Assembly: GCA_023818695.1 (NCBI GenBank)
Contig: JAMWCF010000001.1
Coordinates: 211,306 to 275,305 of the forward strand
Reading direction: 5' to 3'
Source of the DNA: Candidatus Omnitrophota bacterium
GTDB lineage: Bacteria; Omnitrophota; Gorgyraeia; 1-14-0-20-64-10
Length of the DNA: 64,000 bases
The translations under genes were made by a program, and so were the position numbers. Below are positions 9,335 to 16,053 of this stretch, one piece after another; positions within the stretch are counted from its first letter, which is position 1, and each line of letters begins with the position of its first letter. The notes beneath the pieces are model-generated. The model had not been told where the DNA came from, did not search any database, and saw only the letters and a list, made by a program, of their open reading frames with translations.

Positions 9335-9963
9335 AAATCTACGGTCTGGAGCTGATCCGCGGTTTAGGCATCACGATGGGCCGGTTCATTACCACCTATA
9401 CGGTCGGGTTTCGCCGGACCTTCTCAAATCGGCTCCGGGGGCATGTCCGGCAGGATGTCTCCCAGAAAGGGATTTTCACGGTCCAATACCCGGAGGAGCG
9501 GCTGCAACTCCCGGAGCGGTTTCGGGTTCTGCCGGTTCTGATCTTCGATGGTAAAGAGGGTGAGCGATGGAGTCAGGAAACGGAACGATGCACGGCCTGT
9601 GGGATCTGCGCCAAAGTCTGCCCGCCGCAGTGCATCTGGATCGTACAGGGCAAGGATGCTTCGGGCAAGGCAGTCCCGAAGGCCTCCGAGTTCACCATCG
9701 ACACCGATGTTTGCATGAACTGTGGGCTCTGCGCCGAATTCTGTCCCTTCGATGCGATCAAGATGGATCACCGCTTCGAGATTGCCACCGAGGAGCGCTG
9801 GGTGTCGCATATTCACGATATCGATAAGCTTCATGTCTCAACGGAGTATTACGCTAAAACCCACCCAAAGGCGTGGGCGAAGGAAGAGGCCAAGAGGCAC
9901 GCTGAAGCGCAGAGGAAAGCGGCCGCTGCCGCGGCAGCAAAAAATGTGGAAAAGAAAGCATGA
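9331..9963 (+). CDS. nuoI: NADH:quinone oxidoreductase subunit I (2x[4Fe-4S])
   Basis: ATGA overlap with nuoBCD. Motifs [12 protein letters not shown] and [12 protein letters not shown]. The ORF-track start at 9256 lies inside nuoBCD and is rejected. Confidence 0.85.
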   Translation: MKIYGLELIRGLGITMGRFITTYTVGFRRTFSNRLRGHVRQDVSQKGIFTVQYPEERLQLPERFRVLPVLIFDGKEGERWSQETERCTACGICAKVCPPQCIWIVQGKDASGKAVPKASEFTIDTDVCMNCGLCAEFCPFDAIKMDHRFEIATEERWVSHIHDIDKLHVSTEYYAKTHPKAWAKEEAKRHAEAQRKAAAAAAAKNVEKKA

Positions 9964-10325
9964 GTGACTACCGGATTTACCTGTTTTTAGCTCTGTTTAT
10001 GATCGGCGCGCTGGTGGTGCCGGTTCTGCCGATCGCGGTCGCCCGCTTTATCGCCCCCAGAAAACCCGGGTCGATTAAAACGGAGCCGTACGAATGCGGA
10101 ACGGTCACCGAGGGGGACGTTTGGGTCCAGTTCAAGCTGCAGTATTACATCTTCGCGATCCTCTTCGTTGTCTTCGACGTGGAGGCCCTCTTCCTGTTTC
10201 CCTGGGCGGTGGTGTTCAAGGAGGTGGGGCCGGAAGGGTTGATCGCCATGGTGGTTTTTATCGGCATCCTGACTCTAGGACTGATCTATGCATGGCAGGA
10301 GGGGGTCCTGGAATGGGAGACATAA
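9960..10325 (+). CDS. nuoA: NADH:quinone oxidoreductase subunit A
   Basis: 121-aa membrane protein with the EPYECG motif. ATGA overlap with nuoI. Confidence 0.85.
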   Translation: MSDYRIYLFLALFMIGALVVPVLPIAVARFIAPRKPGSIKTEPYECGTVTEGDVWVQFKLQYYIFAILFVVFDVEALFLFPWAVVFKEVGPEGLIAMVVFIGILTLGLIYAWQEGVLEWET

Positions 10326-11434
10326 TGCCCCAGTGGTTCTCGATCGTTCTGCTGGATATCCTCAAGATGGCCCTCATCCTGGCGGTGGTCCCGCCTTGCA
10401 TGATGTACACGACCCAGCTGGAACGCAAGGCGATCGCCCGGATCCAGGACCGGTTTGGTCCGAACCGGGTCGGCCCGTACGGCCTCGCCCAGCCCTTCGC
10501 CGACATGATCAAAATGCTGGTCAAGGAGGACATCGTCCCGAAGGGCTCCGACAAACTATGCCACCTGCTGGCCCCCCTGCTCATTGTCGTTCCGTCCCTT
10601 TTCTTGTTCACCCTGCTGCCGTTCGGACCGGGCTTCATCGCAGCCCCCATCTCAACCGGCCTGCTTTTTTTTATGGCGCTCGGGTCGACGGGAACGCTGG
10701 CGATTTTTACCGCCGGATGGACCTCCCGGTCCGCTTTCCCCCTTTTGGGGGCCATCCGCAACGCCGCCCAGCTGATCGCCTACGAAGTGCCGTTCGTGCT
10801 GGCGTCGGCGGTGATCCCCATGATCGTCGGTTCCCTGCGAATGACCGATATCGTTATGGCCCAGTCGGTTTCCGGCTGGTTCATTTTCACCCCCTGGGGG
10901 TTCACCGCGTTTCTGCTGCTTTTCACCGCGGGCTTAGCGGAAGTCAACAGGACGCCGTTCGATCTGCCGGAAGCGGAGTCGGAGCTTGTGGGCGGTTTCC
11001 ACACCGAGTACAGCGGCATGAAGTTCGGACTTTTCTATCTGGCGGAATACGTCAGCACCATCGCCCTGGCGGTCCTTCTGTCCGTTCTTTTCTTCGGCGG
11101 ATGGGCCGGGCCGAGGATCCCGTTTCTGCCGGCCCTGGGCAGCGCCATCCTCTGGATCAGCATGAAATCGTTTCTCCTCGTTTTCGTGACCATCTGGATT
11201 CGAGGAACATGGCCCCGCTTCCGCGTGGACCGGCTGATGGGCTTCGCCTGGAAGGTCATGATCCCCGTGGCGCTGGCGAATCTTGTGGGCGCGGCGGTCT
11301 GGTTCTATTGCCCCGGTTTTATCGGAACGGCGGTTTCCGCTGTGCTGGTCGTATCTGTTTTCCTGCTGACTAGCCAACTGTGGGCTGCTCCGAAACCGGT
11401 TTTAACCACCACATGGGCGGACCAGACCAGCTAG
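10325..11434 (+). CDS. nuoH: NADH:quinone oxidoreductase subunit H
   Basis: Polytopic membrane protein with RVGPYGLAQPFADMIKMLVKEDIVP. The start at 10325 overlaps the nuoA stop (TAATG). An alternative in-frame ATG lies at 10313. Confidence 0.85.
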   Translation: MPQWFSIVLLDILKMALILAVVPPCMMYTTQLERKAIARIQDRFGPNRVGPYGLAQPFADMIKMLVKEDIVPKGSDKLCHLLAPLLIVVPSLFLFTLLPFGPGFIAAPISTGLLFFMALGSTGTLAIFTAGWTSRSAFPLLGAIRNAAQLIAYEVPFVLASAVIPMIVGSLRMTDIVMAQSVSGWFIFTPWGFTAFLLLFTAGLAEVNRTPFDLPEAESELVGGFHTEYSGMKFGLFYLAEYVSTIALAVLLSVLFFGGWAGPRIPFLPALGSAILWISMKSFLLVFVTIWIRGTWPRFRVDRLMGFAWKVMIPVALANLVGAAVWFYCPGFIGTAVSAVLVVSVFLLTSQLWAAPKPVLTTTWADQTS

Positions 11435-11486
11435 CGGAGTTGACAAAAGAGGGAAGCTTTGGGAACATAACAAAGTTGCGCGTTGC

Positions 11487-11801
11487 ATGGGAAAATTCGT
11501 CAAAGTCGCTAGAATTCAAGATGTCCCCTCCGGGCAGGGCACCATGGTTGAGGTCGAAGGTCTGCAGATTGGCCTCTTCAATAGTGATGGAACTTTTTAT
11601 GCCATCGACAACGTTTGCACCCATGCGGGCGGGTCCCTGTCGGTAGGGTTGGTTGAGAACGGCAGGGTGGCGTGTCCGTGGCATGGCGCCTGGTTCGACC
11701 TCAAAACCGGGGCCGCTTTGTCGCCGCCGGCGTCGGAAGGGGTCCGATTTTACCCGACGCGGGTTCAGGGAACCGACATTGAAATAGAGCTTGAGGATTG
11801 A
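11487..11801 (+). CDS. Rieske [2Fe-2S] ferredoxin-type protein
   Basis: 104 aa with the Rieske ligands CTHAGG...CPWHG. Confidence 0.8.
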   Translation: MGKFVKVARIQDVPSGQGTMVEVEGLQIGLFNSDGTFYAIDNVCTHAGGSLSVGLVENGRVACPWHGAWFDLKTGAALSPPASEGVRFYPTRVQGTDIEIELED

Positions 11802-11847
11802 AGGAAGCCGGCATTTATCTCACTTACAACAAGGGGGGAAAGAGCGA

Positions 11848-12159
11848 ATGGCCTATGTGATTACAGGAAAGTGCTTGGGTGAACAATATGCCTCCTGCGT
11901 CGAGGTCTGCCCTGTCGATTGCATCTACCCCGGAGACTACAAGGGGGAGAAGTTTATGGTCATCGACCCAGAAATCTGCATCACCTGCGGCGCTTGTCTG
12001 CCTGTGTGCCCAATCGGCGCTATCGTCGAATCGGAAGATTACGATCAGGCATTCGCGAAAATAAACGCGGAGCTGGCCCCGAGTTTCAAGGGGAATCCAA
12101 AAGTGACACCCCGGCCCTCCAACGATCCTCCCAAGAAACCGACCAACAAGCTGGTTTAG
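11848..12159 (+). CDS. 7Fe-type (3Fe-4S plus 4Fe-4S) ferredoxin, FdxA-like
   Basis: Sequence MAYVITGKC...SCVEVCPVDCIY...CITCGACLPVCP. SD aaggggggaaagag lies upstream of the ATG at 11848. Confidence 0.8.
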   Translation: MAYVITGKCLGEQYASCVEVCPVDCIYPGDYKGEKFMVIDPEICITCGACLPVCPIGAIVESEDYDQAFAKINAELAPSFKGNPKVTPRPSNDPPKKPTNKLV

Positions 12160-12179
12160 GAAGTTTGTTCTCGATCCTC

Positions 12180-12222
12180 CGCGGGCTTCTTCCCGGACGA
12201 AGGGGGAAGAGGCCCGCGTTTT
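12180..12222 (+). terminator. Strong intrinsic terminator closing the nuo-like/ferredoxin unit
   Basis: 15-bp stem (12180-12194 with 12204-12218, one G-U pair), then TTTT at 12219-12222. Confidence 0.75.
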
Positions 12223-12236
12223 AATCTTGGAAGAAA

Positions 12237-13163
12237 ATGACCGATTTCCCGGAGTCCGGAATACGCCTTTCTTTCCCTGACAGGACTGTCACATCCGCCC
12301 AGCTGAAAATGATCGCCCGGCTCGTTACGGAGGAAGCGGGGGACCGGGCCGACATCCACGGCAGCGGGCAGATCGTGATCGACGGCATTCTCCCGTCGAA
12401 GAGGGAGGTTCTCCTGGGGGAATTGGCGGCGGCGGGTGTTCAAACCGCCGGTCCCGCGGGGGTGGAGCCGGCGGATGTCCAGAGGGATACGGCAGGCATA
12501 CGGGAGCAGTCCCATTCGGAGCTGTTTTCTATCGGAATTCCGGTCCCGCTGGCCCGGCTTTCCGGCGCGCAGCTTCGCAAGGCGGCTGACGCGGCGGAGC
12601 GGTACGGTGTCGGCACGATCCGGTTAACGAAGGAGGGGGTTCTGGTTTTTCCGGATGTGTCCAAAGAGAAGGTGGCCAACCTTCTGGAAGGCCTTCAAGG
12701 CGTCGGTCTGGGAGTGGACGTTCCTGCCATTGTGCGGGGGGCCTCTGTCTGCGTCGATACCCCCTTCCAGGGAGGCGTGGTGAATGAAGCCAAGCGTTTC
12801 TTGAAGGGGATCGTCGATCACCTGCAGGCGAGGGTTCCATTGAGCGAGCCGTTTAGCATTCGTTTATGTGCGCATACCCACGATTGCTCGTTCGTGGGTA
12901 CCGCGCATATCGGATTGGCGGCGCGTCGGCCGGAGGGAAGCGCGCAGACCTCCTGGTTGTTCGATCTGACGGCCGGCGGTCGGCCGGTTGCACAGGGGAT
13001 CTCCGGCGCCGAGATCATCGTCCGTCTAGAGCATCTGCTGGCCGGTTACAAGAAGTCCAGGAAACCGGGCGAGGATTTCCATCTGTTCTGCGCGAGGGTT
13101 GGCGAGGAGCATCTCCAAAAGATATCGGAGCTGGCTCACCCAGAACCGGATGCGGTTGCATGA
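12237..13163 (+). CDS. Nitrite/sulfite-reductase-like protein with two ferredoxin-like half-domain repeats; function unknown
   Basis: Two segments resemble NIR_SIR ferredoxin-like half domains (GIRLSFPDRTVTSAQLKMIARL... and RLSGAQLRKAADAAERYGVGTIRLTKEGVLVF). One CxxxxxC (CAHTHDC) is present, but no complete siroheme/4Fe-4S Cys pattern is evident. Confidence 0.4.
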   Translation: MTDFPESGIRLSFPDRTVTSAQLKMIARLVTEEAGDRADIHGSGQIVIDGILPSKREVLLGELAAAGVQTAGPAGVEPADVQRDTAGIREQSHSELFSIGIPVPLARLSGAQLRKAADAAERYGVGTIRLTKEGVLVFPDVSKEKVANLLEGLQGVGLGVDVPAIVRGASVCVDTPFQGGVVNEAKRFLKGIVDHLQARVPLSEPFSIRLCAHTHDCSFVGTAHIGLAARRPEGSAQTSWLFDLTAGGRPVAQGISGAEIIVRLEHLLAGYKKSRKPGEDFHLFCARVGEEHLQKISELAHPEPDAVA

Positions 13164-14284
13164 AGACGATTATTGTCGGAGCCGGGGTCATCGGGCTGGC
13201 GGTCGCGGATGAGCTGTGCCGTCGCGGCGTCGAAGTTGTCGTCCTGGACAAGGCCCCGGGATTTGGTACGGAGGCCTCCGCGGCCGCCGCTGGAATCTTG
13301 TCCCCCCAAGGGGAAGCCAAGGGGCCAGGACCTTTCTTCGATCTTTTGACGGCCGGCTTTCAGCTGATCCCTGAAACCGTCGCTCGTCTTCAGGCCGTGA
13401 CCGGCGTCGATATCGAATACAAGGCTAACGGGATGCTAGGACTGGCCATGTCCGATGATGACGAGAAGGAGTTTGAGTACCAGATGGACTGGCAGAAACA
13501 GATCGGCGTTCGGTTCGAACGCCTGACCCGCGAACAGGTGCGGGATATGGAGCCGGCCGTGGACGGCCCGGTCCGCTGGGGGGTTTGGTGGCCGCAGACA
13601 GCGCAGATGAACAACCGGAAAATGGCGCAGGCCTATGCCCTCGCCGTTGAAGCGCAGGGTGGGACCATCCGACCTTCCGTGGGAGCGATCAGGTTCCTCT
13701 CCCGCGGATCCCGGGTGACAGGGGTGGCCACGGAGCAGGGGTTGGTGGAAGGGGATTGGGTGGTGAACTGCGCCGGGGCCTGGGCCGGTTTTGACGGCTC
13801 CCTGGGGTTCGATCTTCCACTGATTCCGGTCAGGGGGCAGATCATTGAATTTCAAACATCCGTCCCCCTCATCCGGCGGGTCGTGAAAACGCCGGCGTCA
13901 TACCTCGTTCAGCGGTCCAATGAACGGTTGATTGCCGGAACGACGGTGGAGAAGGCGGGATTCGACAAAAGGGTCACCGAGGAAGGGAAAAAACAGATCC
14001 GAAAAGGGGTCATCGAAATGGTTTCACGGGTCGCCTCCCTGCCGGAAAACCAGGCGTGGGCCGGTTTGAGGCCGGGAACGCCGGACGGCCGGCCGATTTT
14101 AGGCCGGACGCCTTTGGACGGCCTGCTGGTCGCTGCGGGGCATTACAGGAACGGTGTTCTCCTGGCGCCGCTGACCGGCCGGCTCATCGCGGATCTGATT
14201 GCAAAAGGAACATGTTCCATTGATTTGATGCCGTTTTCAGCGTCACGGTTTCAAAAACAGGATTCATTGTCAAAAGGAGGGTAA
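13160..14284 (+). CDS. thiO: FAD-dependent oxidoreductase, glycine oxidase ThiO-like
   Basis: ATGA overlap with the upstream gene. Motifs IVGAGVIGLAVADEL (GxGxxG) and C-terminal GHYRNGVLLAPLTG. Confidence 0.6.
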   Translation: MKTIIVGAGVIGLAVADELCRRGVEVVVLDKAPGFGTEASAAAAGILSPQGEAKGPGPFFDLLTAGFQLIPETVARLQAVTGVDIEYKANGMLGLAMSDDDEKEFEYQMDWQKQIGVRFERLTREQVRDMEPAVDGPVRWGVWWPQTAQMNNRKMAQAYALAVEAQGGTIRPSVGAIRFLSRGSRVTGVATEQGLVEGDWVVNCAGAWAGFDGSLGFDLPLIPVRGQIIEFQTSVPLIRRVVKTPASYLVQRSNERLIAGTTVEKAGFDKRVTEEGKKQIRKGVIEMVSRVASLPENQAWAGLRPGTPDGRPILGRTPLDGLLVAAGHYRNGVLLAPLTGRLIADLIAKGTCSIDLMPFSASRFQKQDSLSKGG

Positions 14285-14287
14285 CAC

Positions 14288-14851
14288 ATGGTGACAGTAG
14301 GACAGAAAGTTCCAGATTTCGAGATTCAGGCATATCATGCTGGTGACATCCAATGGATCCGTTCATCCGACTACAGGGGAAAATGGATTGTTCTCATTTT
14401 CTATCCGGCGGATTTCACCTTCGTCTGCCCGACCGAACTGGAGGAGGCCGCGGAACTGTATGAAGAGTTCAAGAAACTCGGCGCTGAGATTTTGAGCGTC
14501 AGCACCGACACGGCTTACGTCCACAAGGCGTGGCACGATCAATCTCCGTCTATCAAGAAGATCAAATTCCCGATGGTGGCCGATCCCACTGGCAATCTGT
14601 GCAGAACGTTCGGCACCTACCTGGAGGACAAGGGCCTCTCCTTGAGAGGGTCCTTCATCATCGATCCGGACGGTGTCCTGAAGACGGTCGAAATTCACGA
14701 CAACTCGATCGGCCGCAGCGGTCAGGAGCTGCTCCGGAAGCTGCAGGCGGCGATCTTCGTCAGGGAAAACCGCGGCGAGGTGTGTCCCGCTAGCTGGCGT
14801 CCGGGCAAGCAGGCCATGAAGCCCAGTCTCGACCAGGTGGGGAAGATATAG
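14288..14851 (+). CDS. Typical 2-Cys peroxiredoxin (AhpC/Prx1 type)
   Basis: Peroxidatic motif FTFVCPTE and resolving motif EVCPASW. Confidence 0.9.
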   Translation: MVTVGQKVPDFEIQAYHAGDIQWIRSSDYRGKWIVLIFYPADFTFVCPTELEEAAELYEEFKKLGAEILSVSTDTAYVHKAWHDQSPSIKKIKFPMVADPTGNLCRTFGTYLEDKGLSLRGSFIIDPDGVLKTVEIHDNSIGRSGQELLRKLQAAIFVRENRGEVCPASWRPGKQAMKPSLDQVGKI

Positions 14852-14854
14852 GAA

Positions 14855-14877
14855 CCGGCCCCGCGCCGGCTCTTTTT
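14855..14877 (+). terminator. Candidate intrinsic terminator after the peroxiredoxin gene
   Basis: 5-bp GC stem (14855-14859 with 14865-14869), then cTCTTTTT. Confidence 0.45.
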
Positions 14878-14935
14878 AGGCAACCTCCGATTTCCTGTGA
14901 TATATACTACAGGGAAAGGAGGTTGCCTCTTTTTT
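14878..14935 (+). promoter_or_regulatory. Extended hairpin and T-run abutting the dsbA-like start codon; a possible promoter lies in the apical loop
   Basis: Perfect 11-bp stem (14878-14888 with 14918-14928), an inner 8-bp stem with one bulge, and T6 at 14930-14935. The ATG is at 14937. The 3' arm contains the GGAGG SD. The loop carries TGaTATATAct (14898-14908). Confidence 0.55.
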
Positions 14936-14936
14936 A

Positions 14937-15605
14937 ATGAAAAACGCGCATAAGCCGGGCGCTTCGGGACTTTATTTCGGAGCTGGTCTCTTCCTGCTCG
15001 GGGCTTTGACCACGTTCATCGTCATCTCCAACAGCAAGATGCCTCCCGAAAAACCGCTCATCACTGCTCCGGCCGTTGCATCCCTCGCCGCCGGGCGAAG
15101 CGCAGGAGACCCCTCGGCCCCGATCCAGATCATCGAGTACAGCAACTTCCACTGCAAGGGCTGCGCTTTCATGCAGCCGTATGTAGAGTCTCTCCTCAAG
15201 GAGCACGGGTCGAAAATCTACTACCAGTACAGGCATTTCTCCCATCCGAGGGACAAAAAGACCTTCCTGGCCCACATGGCGGCCCAGGCCGCCGCTCAGC
15301 AGGGAAAATTCTTCCCATACAAGAAAAAACTGTATGAATCCCAGGAAGAGTGGATGGCGGTCGAGGACCCGATCCCGCTTTTCATGAAGTACGTGGAAGA
15401 ACTTCATTTGGACCGCACTGCTTTCCTCCGGGCCGTGAAGGACAAGGGAACCCAAAAAATCATTCTTGCCGATCTGGAAGAGGCCAGAAAGGTTGGGATC
15501 CGCGTCACCCCCTCGTTCATCATCAACGGCGAGGTCGCGATGGGCGGCAAAGCGTTTAAAGAAAGGATCTCCCAGCTTCTTGGAGAACCAGTTGAAAAAA
15601 ACTGA
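14937..15605 (+). CDS. DsbA-family thiol:disulfide oxidoreductase, membrane-anchored or exported
   Basis: N-terminal hydrophobic segment, CxxC (HCKGC) and a DsbA-like C-terminal motif (RVTPSFIING). Confidence 0.8.
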   Translation: MKNAHKPGASGLYFGAGLFLLGALTTFIVISNSKMPPEKPLITAPAVASLAAGRSAGDPSAPIQIIEYSNFHCKGCAFMQPYVESLLKEHGSKIYYQYRHFSHPRDKKTFLAHMAAQAAAQQGKFFPYKKKLYESQEEWMAVEDPIPLFMKYVEELHLDRTAFLRAVKDKGTQKIILADLEEARKVGIRVTPSFIINGEVAMGGKAFKERISQLLGEPVEKN

Positions 15606-16053
15606 ACCCCTCCTGCTCCTGACAGCGCGGTTCATGATGGGCGGCGTTTTCGCGTACGCCGGTTTCGCCAAACTCCGGGAGCCGCCGGAATGGTTTCTCC
15701 AGGTGCTGGAACAATATGCCCTCATCCCCCACGTCGCGGTGCCGGTTTTGGCCCGAGTTATCCCGTGGCTAGAGTGGTTGCTCGGCGCCATGCTGCTGTC
15801 GGGTTATCTGTGCCGGTTCAGCGCTCTTTCTCTGTCAGTTTTTTCCCTCTTTTCAATCGTCTTGACGGGCTACCAGTTTTTTGCCGGTCAACTGCCGGAG
15901 GAATGCGGTTGTTTTGGGTCAGGCACCATCGAGCTGACGCCGGCCCAATCGATCTCCCTTAACTTGTTCTTGGTTTTCTCCGGTCTTCTTCTCTTCATGA
16001 GGACCAACCACCCTTACTCCCTTGATGCCGTTATTCGGAAAAGAGCCGCGTAA
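15592..16053 (+). CDS. MauE/DoxX-family membrane protein
   Basis: Four hydrophobic segments and the family motif ECGCFGSG. The start is uncertain (TTG 15592 or ATG 15634). The ORF-track start at 15466 lies inside the dsbA-like gene. Confidence 0.65.
   Translation: MKKTEPLLLLTARFMMGGVFAYAGFAKLREPPEWFLQVLEQYALIPHVAVPVLARVIPWLEWLLGAMLLSGYLCRFSALSLSVFSLFSIVLTGYQFFAGQLPEECGCFGSGTIELTPAQSISLNLFLVFSGLLLFMRTNHPYSLDAVIRKRAA

Noticed and set aside
10094-11434. ORF-track N-terminal extensions: 9256, 10094, 11791, 12866, 22482, 27827, 30859, 34243, 40710, 44550, 45368, 53407, 56039, 59532, 60092 and 61225.
   Set aside because: The extensions run through the preceding gene in another frame and translate to non-protein-like sequence. 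A downstream ATG or GTG overlapping the upstream stop (or preceded by an SD) gives the family-typical N-terminus.
11440-11468. An internal promoter between nuoH and the Rieske gene (perfect TTGACA at 11440-11445).
   Set aside because: The hexamer 17 nt downstream is GAACAT, a weak -10, and the resulting leader would lack an SD. This is not enough to call and is more likely a chance match within an operon.
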